This document shows, piece after piece, positions 20,187-30,314 of a DNA stretch of 64,000 nt; the stretch's first letter is position 1; the number at the start of each line of letters is the position of its first letter. The stretch comes from an uncultured Chloroflexia bacterium (lineage in GTDB: Bacteria; Chloroflexota; Limnocylindria; Limnocylindrales; CSP1-4). Both the position numbers and the translations under genes were made by a program. Under the pieces are notes generated by a model that did not search any database, had not been told where the DNA came from, and worked only from the letters and a program-made list of their open reading frames with translations. The stretch is taken from NCBI GenBank assembly GCA_963734535.1, contig CAVTHS010000003.1:160001-224000 (forward strand), written 5' to 3'.

Positions 20187-21713
20187 ATGACGACCAGCGC
20201 CGGCTCCGGCGATGTGCTGCTCCGGATGTCGGGGATCACGAAGCGGTTCCCCGGGGTCGTGGCCCTCGACGACGTTCGCCTGGAGGTCCGCGCCGGGGAG
20301 GTGCACGTGCTCCTCGGCGAGAACGGCGCGGGCAAGAGCACGCTGATGAAGATCCTCGGCGGGGCCTACCACGCGGATGCCGGGAAGATCGAGCTCAAGG
20401 GTCGCGAGGTGAAGATCACGTCGCCTCGCGATGCCCTCGATCTCGGGATCGCGGTGATCTACCAGGAGTTCAACCTGGTGGCGCAGCTCTCGGTCATGGA
20501 GAACGTCTTCATGGGCCGCGAGCCGCGGATCCCGGGGCGGCCGGGCGTGATCGACTGGGCCCGGATGCGTCGCGAGACGGCGGCCATCCTGAAGGAGCTG
20601 GACCTGCCGATCGACCCGGCGCGCCAGGTCGGGAAGCTGGGCGTGGCACAGCAGCAGATGGTCGAGATCGCCCGGTCCGTCAGCGCCAGCGCGGACGTCG
20701 TCGTGATGGACGAGCCGACGTCGGCCCTCACCGACCACGAGATCATCCAGCTCTTCCGCGTCGTGAAGCAGCTCCAGGCGCGGGGGGCGGGGGTGATCTA
20801 CATCAGTCACCGCCTCGAGGAGGTTCCCCAGGTCGGCTCGACGGTGACCGTCCTGCGCGACGGCCGCTACGTCGACACGGTCCCTGCCGGCACCCCGATT
20901 CCCGATCTCATCCGGCTGATGGTCGGCCGGGACCTGACCAAGCAGTATCCGAAGGAGCCGGTCGAGCCGGGCGCGGAGGTGCTCCGCGTCGAGCACCTCG
21001 AGCGCCGCGGCGTCCTCAGGGATGCGAGCTTCTCGGTGCGGGCCGGGGAGATCCTGGGGATCGCGGGCCTTGTCGGGGCCGGCCGGACGGAGCTCGTGCG
21101 CGCCATCTTCGGCGCCGACCGGCTCGACCGCGGCCGGATCTTCGTCGACGGGAAAGAGGTCGCGGTCCACCACCCGGTGGACGCCATCCGGGCGGGGATC
21201 GGGCTCCTGCCCGAGGACCGCAAGACGCAGGGTCTCGTGCTCCTTCTCTCGATCGCGGAGAACGTCAGCATGGCGTCGCCGGGCGACGTCTCGCGGCACG
21301 GGTTCCTCGACCTGCGGAAGGTCGCGGCGCGAGCCCGCGGCTTCGTCGAGTCGCTGCGGATCCGCACGCCGTCGGTCCACCGACTCGCCCGCTCCCTGTC
21401 CGGGGGAACGCAGCAGAAGGTGGTCCTCGCGAAGTGGCTGGCGTCGCGCTCGCGCGTCCTGATCTTCGACGAGCCGACGCGAGGGATCGACGTGGGGGCG
21501 AAGGTGGAGGTCTACCAGCTGATGACGACCCTGGTGCAGCAGGGCGCGGCGATCGTCATGGTCTCGAGCGAGCTACCGGAGGTCCTGGGCATGAGCGACC
21601 GCGTCCTCGTCATGCGAGGCGGCAGCATCGTCGCCGAGCTTGCGGGCGACGAGATCAGCCAGGAGCGGATCCTGGCCGCGGCGATGGGACAGGAACATGT
21701 CGTCGCAGCCTGA
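20187..21713 (+). CDS. Sugar ABC transporter ATP-binding protein (RbsA/CUT2 type)
   Basis: Tandem ABC domains: GENGAGKS, MDEPT, LSGGTQQK, FDEPTRGIDVG. Confidence 0.95.
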   Translation: MTTSAGSGDVLLRMSGITKRFPGVVALDDVRLEVRAGEVHVLLGENGAGKSTLMKILGGAYHADAGKIELKGREVKITSPRDALDLGIAVIYQEFNLVAQLSVMENVFMGREPRIPGRPGVIDWARMRRETAAILKELDLPIDPARQVGKLGVAQQQMVEIARSVSASADVVVMDEPTSALTDHEIIQLFRVVKQLQARGAGVIYISHRLEEVPQVGSTVTVLRDGRYVDTVPAGTPIPDLIRLMVGRDLTKQYPKEPVEPGAEVLRVEHLERRGVLRDASFSVRAGEILGIAGLVGAGRTELVRAIFGADRLDRGRIFVDGKEVAVHHPVDAIRAGIGLLPEDRKTQGLVLLLSIAENVSMASPGDVSRHGFLDLRKVAARARGFVESLRIRTPSVHRLARSLSGGTQQKVVLAKWLASRSRVLIFDEPTRGIDVGAKVEVYQLMTTLVQQGAAIVMVSSELPEVLGMSDRVLVMRGGSIVAELAGDEISQERILAAAMGQEHVVAA

Positions 21714-22722
21714 GCCCGCGGCCGTCGCGCCCGCGACGGAGGAGCGGCGCAACTGGACGGAGGTCGCCTTCCAGCTGGGAGCGCTCCTCGGCCTGATCCT
21801 GCTGATCGCCATCTTCGCGCTCTCGTCGTCGTCGTTCCTGACGACGGGCAACCTGGCGGGGATCGCCCGGCAGACCTCGGTCAATGCGCTGCTTGCCCTG
21901 GGCATGCTCGTCGTCATCCTGACCGGCGGCATCGACCTGTCCGTGGGCGCCGTGCTCGCGCTGGCCATGGTCGTCCTCGCGATGGTCATCACGAAGGCGG
22001 GCCTCGACCAGTCGATCGGGATGGTCGCGGCGCTCGGCGTGGGTGCGGCGCTCGGCGTGGGCAACGGCCTGCTCCTGACCCGGCTCCACCTGCCTCACCC
22101 GTTCATCAGCACGCTCGGCATGATGAACATCGCCCGCGGGGCGGCCCTCGTGATCACCGGCGGCGCCTCGATCTCGGCGCTCGGTGGCGGGATCGTCAAG
22201 TTCATCGGAAACGACGAGATCCTGCTCGGCTCGGGCGACGGGGCGGTCTCGATCCCGATCATGCTCTTCGTGGTCGTGCTCGCCTATGTCGCCTTCTACT
22301 TCTTCCTGAACCGGACGGTTGTCGGGCGCCACATCTACGCCACCGGCGGCAACCCGGAGGCCGCGCGGCTGTCCGGCGTGCCAGTGGACCGGATCCTCGT
22401 GCTGGTCTACACGATCTCCGGGCTGATGGCGGGCCTCGCCGCGGTCGTCCTTGCCGGGCGGACGGATTCGGGCTACCCGAACGCGGGCCTCGGATTCGAG
22501 CTCGACGCGATCAGCGCCTGCATCATCGGCGGGACCAGCTTCTTCGGCGGGGTGGGCACGGTCAGCGGCACCCTCATCGGGGCCCTCATCATGGGGGTCC
22601 TGCGGAACGGCCTGAACATCATGAGCGTCGACACGAACTGGCAGACCGTGGTCATCGGCTCGGTGATCATCGCGGCCGTCTACGTCGATGTCCTCCGGCG
22701 TCGCGCCGGGCAGTCCCGTTGA
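21697..22722 (+). CDS. Sugar ABC transporter permease (RbsC type)
   Basis: GGIDLSVG, GRHIYATGGNPEAARLSG, ELDAI..IIGG. Confidence 0.95.
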   Translation: MSSQPEPAAVAPATEERRNWTEVAFQLGALLGLILLIAIFALSSSSFLTTGNLAGIARQTSVNALLALGMLVVILTGGIDLSVGAVLALAMVVLAMVITKAGLDQSIGMVAALGVGAALGVGNGLLLTRLHLPHPFISTLGMMNIARGAALVITGGASISALGGGIVKFIGNDEILLGSGDGAVSIPIMLFVVVLAYVAFYFFLNRTVVGRHIYATGGNPEAARLSGVPVDRILVLVYTISGLMAGLAAVVLAGRTDSGYPNAGLGFELDAISACIIGGTSFFGGVGTVSGTLIGALIMGVLRNGLNIMSVDTNWQTVVIGSVIIAAVYVDVLRRRAGQSR

Positions 22723-22853
22723 CACCACGCTGAAGGCAGGTGTCCGCCGCCGGCGGGCACCCGGGAGAGGAGGGTCGTCCAGGATCGCCGCGTACGAGGG
22801 AACACAAGCAAGCACGGAGCTGGCGTGATCAGCTCCCAAGAGGAGGAAGACGC

Positions 22854-23840
22854 GTGAAGTCCAAGCGCACAATGGCCGCGGGCCTTGCCGCACTCAGCCT
22901 GGTCCTGGCGGCCTGTTCGTCGGGCGCCACCGCGGCGCCGTCGAGCGCCGCCGCCTCGGCCGCGGCCAGCGGCGCCGCTGGTGCGGCCGCCTGCCAGGGC
23001 AAGACGATCGCGGTGATCGTCAAGGCCGGCACGAGCACCTACTGGAAGACGGTCGGCTCCGGCGTCGACGATGCCAAGGCCGAGTTCCCGGGCTGCACCA
23101 TCACCTTCGAAGGTCCGGACGCGGAGACGAACGTCACCGCCCAGATCGCCGAGGTCGAGGCCGCCGTCGCGAAGAAGGTCGCGGCGATCGTGATCGCCGT
23201 GACGGGCGCGGACCAGGTGCTGCCCTCGCTCCAGAAGGCCGCGGACGCCGGGATCCCGATCATCCTGATCGACACGAACAAGGACTTCGCCCCCAAGAAG
23301 GCGTTCGTCGGCACCGACAACGCGGCTGGCGGCAAGGCGGCCGGTGACTACATCGTCAAGACGGTCGGCGTCAAGGCCGGCGACACGGTCCTGATCATCC
23401 GGGGCCAGGCCGGCGACGCCGTCCACAACCTCCGCGAGCAGGGAGCGACCGACGTCCTCAAGGCGGCGGGCGCCACCGTCATCGTCCAGCCTGCCGACTC
23501 CGACCGGGCCAAGGGCCAGGCCGTGATGGAGAACGTCCTGCAGGCCAACCCGAACCTGAAGGCTGTCTTCGCCACCAACGACGAGATGGCGCTCGGCGCC
23601 CTCAAGGCCGCCCAGCAGGCCAACAAGACGATCCCGATCATCGGGTTCGACGCCAACCCGGATGCCCTCGCCTCGGTCGAGGCCGGCGGGCTGACCGGCT
23701 CCATCGCGCAGTTCCCGAAGAAGATCGGCCAGTTCGGTGTCGAGACCGCGGTCAAGATCCTCGCCGGCGAGTCCGTCGACGCCAACGTCAACACGGGCGT
23801 CGAGCTCGTGACCAAGGACAACGTCGCGAACTTCAAGTAG
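22854..23840 (+). CDS. Sugar ABC transporter substrate-binding lipoprotein (RbsB type)
   Basis: GAGGAGG SD; lipobox LAAC; GTDN, NDEMALGA, IIGFD. Confidence 0.92.
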   Translation: MKSKRTMAAGLAALSLVLAACSSGATAAPSSAAASAAASGAAGAAACQGKTIAVIVKAGTSTYWKTVGSGVDDAKAEFPGCTITFEGPDAETNVTAQIAEVEAAVAKKVAAIVIAVTGADQVLPSLQKAADAGIPIILIDTNKDFAPKKAFVGTDNAAGGKAAGDYIVKTVGVKAGDTVLIIRGQAGDAVHNLREQGATDVLKAAGATVIVQPADSDRAKGQAVMENVLQANPNLKAVFATNDEMALGALKAAQQANKTIPIIGFDANPDALASVEAGGLTGSIAQFPKKIGQFGVETAVKILAGESVDANVNTGVELVTKDNVANFK

Positions 23841-23856
23841 ACCCCTTCACGCGTTC

Positions 23857-23890
23857 GTGGGGCGCTCAGCCGTCGCCGGCGGCGCCCCAC
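23857..23890 (+). terminator. Stem-loop after binding-protein gene (stabiliser or attenuator)
   Basis: GTGGGGCGC...GCGCCCCAC with inner GCCG/CGGC stem; no U-tract. Confidence 0.35.
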
Positions 23891-23918
23891 ATCTCCCACC
23901 CCCATCGGAGGTCCCAAC

Positions 23919-24935
23919 GTGTCCGCCACCATCCGGGTCGGCCTGATCGGGCTGGGCTGGCTCGGGGCCCGCCACGCCCGGCATATCGCGGCCGGGCGGC
24001 ACGGAACCCGCGCGGTCCTGGCGAGCTCCGGCGAGCGGAGCCGTCATGTCGCCGACGAGATCGGCGCTCCATGGACGGCCGACTGGACCGCGGTCGTGGA
24101 CGACCCGTCCGTCGACGCCGTCGTCGCGGCTGTCACCTCCCGGATCCACCCGGCGATCATCGAGGCCTGCGCGTCGGCCGGGAAGCCGCTCTTCGTCGAG
24201 AAGATGATCGCGCTGGACGTGCCGACGGGGCTGCGGGCGGTGGAGGCCGCGAAGCGCGCCGGAATCCTGGTCCAGGTCGGGTTCCAGCGCCGCAGCGATG
24301 CGGCCTACCTGCGGGCGCGCGCCGCGATCGGTGCCGGCGAGATCGGGACGCCCATCGCCGCCTTCAGCTGCACGCGCGATCCGCGGGGGATCACGAGCGT
24401 GAGCGTCGACTCGGGTGGCCTGCTGATGGACCTGCTGGGCCACGACTACGACGCCTGCCGCTGGCTGATCGGGGACGAGCCGGTCTCGGTCTACGCCGAG
24501 GCCCGCTGCATGGTCCAGCCCGAGCTCGAGGCGCAGGGCGACTTCGATCACGCCCGCGTCCTCGTCTCGTTCGCCGGGGGCGCGAGCGGGCTGGCCGAGG
24601 CCAGCCGGTTTGCCCGCTACGGGTACGACATCCGGGCCGAGGTGGAGGGATCGCTCGGCGAGGTGGAGATCCTCGGCGCCGAGACCATCCCGTTCGTCGT
24701 CCGTACCGAGGCGAGCGCACGATCCGAGGTCACGCCCCGGCTCCGCGACGACTGGTTCTGGAATCGCTTCCAGGACGCGTTCGGACGCGAGCTGGACACG
24801 TTCATCGACGCCGTCCGGGAGACGGCGAAGCCTGCCGCGACGCTTGACGACGGGCTCGCCGCGCTCCGGATCGGTGCCGCCGCCATCCGGTCCGTCCAGG
24901 AAGGCCGGCCTATCTCGTTGGAGGAACTGCAATGA
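23919..24935 (+). CDS. Gfo/Idh/MocA oxidoreductase (inositol dehydrogenase-like)
   Basis: GLIGLGWLG, GKPLFVEK, GFQRR, SGGLLMDLLGHDYD, YGYD. Confidence 0.88.
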   Translation: MSATIRVGLIGLGWLGARHARHIAAGRHGTRAVLASSGERSRHVADEIGAPWTADWTAVVDDPSVDAVVAAVTSRIHPAIIEACASAGKPLFVEKMIALDVPTGLRAVEAAKRAGILVQVGFQRRSDAAYLRARAAIGAGEIGTPIAAFSCTRDPRGITSVSVDSGGLLMDLLGHDYDACRWLIGDEPVSVYAEARCMVQPELEAQGDFDHARVLVSFAGGASGLAEASRFARYGYDIRAEVEGSLGEVEILGAETIPFVVRTEASARSEVTPRLRDDWFWNRFQDAFGRELDTFIDAVRETAKPAATLDDGLAALRIGAAAIRSVQEGRPISLEELQ

Positions 24936-25981
24936 GCGCCGCTCCCGGTACCCGACTCGCCCCGCTCGCCGTCGCGGTCCTGGGGGCCGGCCGAATTGGC
25001 CGCAAGCACGCAGAGACGCTCGCCCGCCGCGTGGAAGGCTGCCGCGTGCCGTGGATCGTGGAGCCGCTCGAGGACGCAGGCCGCGCCTGCGCCGCCGATG
25101 TCGGGGCCCAGTGGACGTCCGACCCGGCGCGCGCGATCGCGGACCCGTCGGTCGACGCGGTCCTGATCGCGACGCCGACGAACACGCATGCCGACCTGAT
25201 CGAGATGGCGGCCTCCCATGGCAAGCCGATCCTGTGCGAGAAGCCGATCGATCTGACCATGGAGCGGACGCTCGCCGCGATCGGTGCCGCCGAGAGGGCC
25301 GGCGTGCCCCTCCAGATCGGCTTCCAGCGCCGTTACGACCCCTCGTACGTGCGTGCCCGCCGGATGATCGAGGAGGGCGCGGTCGGGACCATCGAGCTCG
25401 TCACGGCAACCAGCCGCGACCCGCAGCCGGCGCCGATCTCCTACCTGAAGGTGTCCGGCGGGATCTTCCGGGACGCCTCGATCCACGACTTCGACGTCGT
25501 GCGCTACCTCACGGGCCACGAGGTCGTCGAGGTGTTCGCCTACGGCGCCGCGCTCGTGGACCCGGCGATCGGCGAGATCGGCGACGCGGACACGGTGGTC
25601 GCGTCCCTCCGGTTCGACAACGGGGCGCTGGGCGTCGTGACGGCCTCGCGCCGCGCGGTCTACGGCTACGACGTCAGCACCGAGGTGTTCGGCTCTGCCG
25701 GCAAGGTCGTGGTCGGGGAGGCCCCGGAGACGCTGGTGCGCCGCTATGGCAAGGACGGGGTGACCCGCGACAACATCTTCTGGTTCCTGCAGCGCTTCGA
25801 GGAGTCCTACGTGGCCGAGGTGGAGGACTTCGTGGCCTGCCTTCGGGAGGGCCGAGCGCCTCGCATCACCGGCGAGGACGGGCGGGCCGCGCTCGCCATC
25901 GCCGACGCCGCGACGCAATCCTTCAAGGAGGGACGGCCGGTCGCCGTGGCGAAGCGGCCCGTCCCGGCGGGCGCGGCGTAG
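24932..25981 (+). CDS. iolG: Inositol 2-dehydrogenase
   Basis: GAGRIG, LCEKP, GFQRRYD, SRDP, SGGIFRDASIHDFD, YGYD. Confidence 0.85.
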   Translation: MSAAPGTRLAPLAVAVLGAGRIGRKHAETLARRVEGCRVPWIVEPLEDAGRACAADVGAQWTSDPARAIADPSVDAVLIATPTNTHADLIEMAASHGKPILCEKPIDLTMERTLAAIGAAERAGVPLQIGFQRRYDPSYVRARRMIEEGAVGTIELVTATSRDPQPAPISYLKVSGGIFRDASIHDFDVVRYLTGHEVVEVFAYGAALVDPAIGEIGDADTVVASLRFDNGALGVVTASRRAVYGYDVSTEVFGSAGKVVVGEAPETLVRRYGKDGVTRDNIFWFLQRFEESYVAEVEDFVACLREGRAPRITGEDGRAALAIADAATQSFKEGRPVAVAKRPVPAGAA

Positions 25982-26003
25982 GCTCACGGTCGGCAGCGGA
26001 CGG

Positions 26004-27965
26004 ATGCCCGGTTCCGAACCGGCGCGCCCGATGAGCGTGACGATCCGCGAGGTCGCCCGGCGGGCGGGCGTCTCGACGGCCACCGTCAGCCGGATCCTGT
26101 CGGGCGCTTCGACCTCGCGGCCCGGGACGGTCGCTGCCGTGCGTGCGGCGGCCGAAGCGCTCGATTACCGCCCCTCGAGCATCGCCCGCTCGCTCAAGAC
26201 ACGGGTGGCCCGCACCCTGGGCCTCATCGTCACCGACGTTCACGATCCGTTCTTTCCGGAGCTGGTCGCCGCCGTCGAGGATGCGGCCTGGGAGCACGGG
26301 CTCCGGATCATCCTGTGCAACGGGGCACGCGACCCGAGGCGCGAGGCCGACTACCTGGCGCTCCTCCAGGACGGGCGCGTTGACGGGCTGATCGTCGCCG
26401 CCGGCCACGTGACCGACGCGTACGCGGCGCAGCTCGCGGGGTCGGCCGTCCCGGTCGTCATCGTCAACAGCGAGCGGGCCGACCTGGGCGTGCCCACGAT
26501 CGGATCCGACAACCGGGGTGGGGGACGCCTGGCAGCCGAGCACCTGCTGGGGCTGGGCCACACACGCGTCGCCGTGGTCACCGGCCCGGCGGAGCGCGCC
26601 GACTCCGCGGACCGGGTCCAGGGCGCCCTTGACGCCCTGGCGGAGGCGGGCATCGCCCGCGACGACGTCCCCGTCATCCTCGGCGTTGGTCCGGGCACGG
26701 GCGGGGGATCCATCGACGAGCTGCTCGCCGAGCGGCCCGATATCACGGGCCTGGTCTGCTACAACGACGTGACCGCCATCGAGGTGATCCGGACGCTCCG
26801 GGCCGGCGGGCGGCGCGTCCCCGGGCAGGTCAGCGTGGTCGGCTTCGACGACATCGACGCCGCCGCCTGGGTGGAGCCGCCCCTCACGACGATCGTCCAG
26901 GAGAAGGCGGAGATGGGTCGCTGGGCCGTCCGCCGGCTCGTGGAGGGCATCACCGGCGCGGGATCCGCTGCGAGCGCCATCGAGCGGGTCGTCCTGCCTG
27001 TCTCGTTGTCCGTGCGGGGCTCGACGGGACCAGCGCCGCGGTCCGCCGACCGTGCCGAGGCCGAGGCCGCGGCCTCGGCCGCACCCCTGCCGCCCCGTCC
27101 GGCCTGGACGACGCGGCCCTCGCCGCTCCTGCGGCGGGCGTCCGCCCCCGGCCGGGACGGCGCGATCGTCGCCGTGGATGCTGCGTCGGCGGGCTGGTCG
27201 CACGTCGCCTTCGCCGCTTACCGCCTGCGAGCCGGGCAGGCGGTTCGCTGCCCCGCCGATGATCGCGAACGGCTGGCGCTCGTCCTCGAGGGCCGGGCCC
27301 GGGTCCGAGCCGGCGCGGAGGACTTCGGGATCGTCGGATCACGGACGACCGTGTTCGACGGCCCGCCCCCGCCCGTCGTGCTCGTGGAGCCCGGGCGTCC
27401 GGTCGAGATCGTGGCCGAGTCGGCCGCCCTGGTCGTCGTGGCGAGCGCGCCGGGGGGATCCGTCCGGCGCACGGCGTGCGTGCCGCCCGCGGAGATCCTG
27501 GTGGAAACCCGGGGAGCCGGCCAGACGGAGCGGCGTATCCACCACCTGCTGCCGCCGTCCGCCGAGGCCGGCCGCCTGATCGCCTTCGAGGTCTTCACGC
27601 CGGGCGGCAACTGGTCCAGCTACCCGCCCCACAAGCACGACACGGAGGATCCGCCGCGGGAGGCGCTCCTCGAGGAGCTCTACTTCTACCGGTTCGCCCG
27701 GCCGCAGGGCTTCGCGTTCCAGCGCGTCTACACGCCCGACCGATCGCTCGACGAGGTGATGGCGCCGGGCGACGGCGACCTGGTCCTGGTGCCCGCGGGC
27801 TACCACCCGGTCGGCGCTCCCGCCGGCTACGACTGCTACTACCTGAACGTCATGGCCGGCCCGAACCGAGCGTGGCACTTCAGCGTGGACCCGGACCACG
27901 CCTGGCTCATGAACTGGGATCCGGCGGCACCGCAGGCATCGCGCCCCGGGAGCGATCCCCGTTGA
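26004..27965 (+). CDS. iolB: LacI-family transcriptional regulator fused to 5-deoxy-glucuronate isomerase (IolB); alternative start 26031
   Basis: HTH TIREVARRAGVSTATVSR; LacI ligand domain (YND, SVVGFDD, PPLTTI, RGST); Ala/Pro linker; IolB motifs EVFTPGGNWSSYPPHKHD, LEELYFY, GYHP, YYLNVMAG in one open frame. Confidence 0.85.
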   Translation: MPGSEPARPMSVTIREVARRAGVSTATVSRILSGASTSRPGTVAAVRAAAEALDYRPSSIARSLKTRVARTLGLIVTDVHDPFFPELVAAVEDAAWEHGLRIILCNGARDPRREADYLALLQDGRVDGLIVAAGHVTDAYAAQLAGSAVPVVIVNSERADLGVPTIGSDNRGGGRLAAEHLLGLGHTRVAVVTGPAERADSADRVQGALDALAEAGIARDDVPVILGVGPGTGGGSIDELLAERPDITGLVCYNDVTAIEVIRTLRAGGRRVPGQVSVVGFDDIDAAAWVEPPLTTIVQEKAEMGRWAVRRLVEGITGAGSAASAIERVVLPVSLSVRGSTGPAPRSADRAEAEAAASAAPLPPRPAWTTRPSPLLRRASAPGRDGAIVAVDAASAGWSHVAFAAYRLRAGQAVRCPADDRERLALVLEGRARVRAGAEDFGIVGSRTTVFDGPPPPVVLVEPGRPVEIVAESAALVVVASAPGGSVRRTACVPPAEILVETRGAGQTERRIHHLLPPSAEAGRLIAFEVFTPGGNWSSYPPHKHDTEDPPREALLEELYFYRFARPQGFAFQRVYTPDRSLDEVMAPGDGDLVLVPAGYHPVGAPAGYDCYYLNVMAGPNRAWHFSVDPDHAWLMNWDPAAPQASRPGSDPR

Positions 27966-28027
27966 GCGTCGCCGTCGATCGCGTCGCTGCCGACGCGCCC
28001 GGGAGCTGCGCTAGAATGACGCCCCGT

Positions 28028-28103
28028 GGCTGGGTAGCTCAGTTGGCAGAGCAAGCGGCTCATAATCGCTAGGTCACAGGTTCGAGTCCTGTCCCAGCTA
28101 CCA
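28028..28103 (+). tRNA. tRNA-CAT, probably elongator tRNA-Met (Ile2 not excluded)
   Basis: 76-nt cloverleaf: GGCTGGG/CCCAGCT acceptor, AGCGG-CTCATAA-TCGCT anticodon arm, GGTTCGAGTCC T-arm, encoded CCA; lacks the initiator GGG/CCC anticodon stem; TAGAAT -10 upstream. Confidence 0.93.
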
Positions 28104-28144
28104 CCGAATTGCACCCACTGCGGCCGGCCCGGGCGGGCCGGCCG

Positions 28145-28211
28145 CCGAGATTCCGGCCCCGCCGCGACCTTGCACGGAGATCCGGGCCGGATCACCGAGA
28201 TTCCGGCCCCG
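28145..28211 (+). repeat. 17-bp direct repeat pair
   Basis: CCGAGATTCCGGCCCCG at 28145-28161 and 28195-28211, with a degenerate copy (CGGAGATCCGGGCC) between. Confidence 0.7.
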
Positions 28212-28397
28212 GTGCCCTGCGCCGTCCGTGGGGGACATCCGACCGCGCCTCGCCTGCGTACAGACAGGCAGTGGCCATGCACGTCGGGCGCTCATCGGGC
28301 GTCGTGGGCGTCCCGAAGGGGTCCTCCGAGAGGGCGGCTATACTCACAGACCTGACGTTGGCGGAGCGCCGCCGGCGCAACTGACCCGGAGGCCAGG

Positions 28398-30308
28398 TTG
28401 AACGGCAAGTTCTTCCGCAACGGAATCGTGATGCTCGTCCTCGTGGTGGGCACCGTCGCGTTGCTCTATACATTCCTCGTCTCGCCGACGAGCGATACGG
28501 CCAAGCCCTATTCGGCCTACCTTGCCGACGTCAGGGCGGGCCTCGTCACGAACGTCACCCAGCAGGATCTCACGCTCACCGTGACGACGACGGGCAACCC
28601 CGCCTCGAAGTACACCTCGGTGGTGCCCGGGATCGGCGTCCAGAGCGCGTTCCAGGACACCGTGGACGCAGCGAAGGCGGGTGGGCAGGACCCGAACAAG
28701 ATCGTCTTCACTGCCATGAAGGCGTCGGATGCAGGCCAGTGGGTCAACCTCCTGGTCGGCGCCCTCCTGCCCGTCCTCCTGATCGGCGGCTTCCTCTTCT
28801 TCATGATGCGGCAGGCCCAGGGCACCAACAACCAGGCACTGTCCTTCGGCAAGAGCCGGGCCCGAATGTTCCTGGGCAACAAGACGGTCGTGACCTTCGC
28901 CGACGTCGCAGGCGTGGACGAGGCCAAGACGGAGCTCCAGGAGGTCGTGGAGTTCCTCAAGTACCCCGAGAAGTTCAACTCGCTCGGCGCGCGAATCCCG
29001 CGCGGCGTGCTCCTCGTCGGCCCGCCGGGAACCGGCAAGACGCTGATGGCCCGCGCGGTCGCCGGCGAGGCAGGCGTGCCGTTCTTCTCGATCTCCGGCT
29101 CGGAGTTCGTGGAGATGTTCGTGGGCGTCGGCGCCAGCCGCGTGCGCGACCTGTTCGACCAGGCCAAGCGCAACGCACCCTGCATCGTCTTCGTGGACGA
29201 GATCGACGCGGTCGGGCGCCAGCGCGGCGCGGGCCTCGGCGGCTCCCACGATGAGCGCGAGCAGACGCTCAACCAGATCCTCGTCGAGATGGACGGCTTC
29301 GACACCGCGACGAACGTCATCGTGGTCGCAGCCACCAACCGGCCCGACGTCCTCGACCCGGCGCTCCTGCGCCCCGGTCGCTTCGACCGCCAGGTGATCC
29401 TCGATCGCCCGGACATGAAGGGCCGCGTCGAGATCCTGCGCGTGCACTCGAAGGGCAAGCCGCTCGACAAGGCGTTCTCCGTCGAGGAGGTCGCCAAGCA
29501 GTCGCCGGGCTTCTCCGGGGCCGACCTCGCCAACCTCGTCAACGAGGCCGCGATCCTCGCCGCGCGCCGGAACAAGAAGCTCATCGGCATGCCCGAGTTC
29601 CAGGAGGCGCTCGAGCGCATCGTGGCGGGTCCCGAGCGCAAGAGCCGGGTGATCTCGGACGCCGAGAAGCTGATCATCGCGTACCACGAGGGTGGCCACG
29701 CCGTGGTCCAGCGGATCCTGCCGAAGTGCGACCCCGTGGCGAAGGTCACGATCATCAGCCGCGGGATGGCCCTCGGCTACACCATGGCCCTCCCGTCGGA
29801 GGACCGCTACCTGCAGAGCAAGACCGAGTTCGAGGACAAGATCGCCGGCATGCTGGGTGGCAACGCCTCGGAGCGGCTGGTCTTCGGCGACACGACGACC
29901 GGCGCCTCCAACGACATCGAGAAGGCCAGCGACCTTGCGCGCCGGATGGTCACCGAGTTCGGCATGAGCGAGAAGCTCGGCCCGCTCGCCTTCGGCAAGC
30001 ACGACGAGATGGTCTTCCTCGGTCGCGGCATCGGCGAGCAGCGCAACTACTCGGACGACGTCGCCCGCCAGATCGACGACGAGGTACGGCTGATCATCGA
30101 CAGCGCATACGCCCGGGCCCAGGACGTCCTGACCCGGCACCGTGACAAGCTGGACGCGCTCGCCGCCCAGCTCGTCGAGAAGGAGACGCTCGACGCCACG
30201 GAGTTCGAGGCGCTCTTCAGCGACCTGCCGCCGAAGGAGCCGATCCACGGCATCGTGCCGAAGCTCGAGTCGGCCGGCGTCCCGGCCGGCGCGCCCCAGC
30301 CTGCCTGA
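28398..30308 (+). CDS. ftsH: ATP-dependent zinc metalloprotease FtsH
   Basis: Two TM segments, [30 protein letters not shown]; GGAGG SD with TTG start; TATACT -10 near 28339. Confidence 0.97.
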   Translation: MNGKFFRNGIVMLVLVVGTVALLYTFLVSPTSDTAKPYSAYLADVRAGLVTNVTQQDLTLTVTTTGNPASKYTSVVPGIGVQSAFQDTVDAAKAGGQDPNKIVFTAMKASDAGQWVNLLVGALLPVLLIGGFLFFMMRQAQGTNNQALSFGKSRARMFLGNKTVVTFADVAGVDEAKTELQEVVEFLKYPEKFNSLGARIPRGVLLVGPPGTGKTLMARAVAGEAGVPFFSISGSEFVEMFVGVGASRVRDLFDQAKRNAPCIVFVDEIDAVGRQRGAGLGGSHDEREQTLNQILVEMDGFDTATNVIVVAATNRPDVLDPALLRPGRFDRQVILDRPDMKGRVEILRVHSKGKPLDKAFSVEEVAKQSPGFSGADLANLVNEAAILAARRNKKLIGMPEFQEALERIVAGPERKSRVISDAEKLIIAYHEGGHAVVQRILPKCDPVAKVTIISRGMALGYTMALPSEDRYLQSKTEFEDKIAGMLGGNASERLVFGDTTTGASNDIEKASDLARRMVTEFGMSEKLGPLAFGKHDEMVFLGRGIGEQRNYSDDVARQIDDEVRLIIDSAYARAQDVLTRHRDKLDALAAQLVEKETLDATEFEALFSDLPPKEPIHGIVPKLESAGVPAGAPQPA

Positions 30309-30314
30309 CGTCGC

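Noticed and set aside
17200-28103. Inositol cluster as a tRNA-anchored genomic island
   Set aside because: It lies 5' of the tRNA; I found no integrase or duplicated tRNA end, and no obvious compositional shift
28145-28211. Mini CRISPR array
   Set aside because: Only two 17-bp copies, too short, and no cas genes
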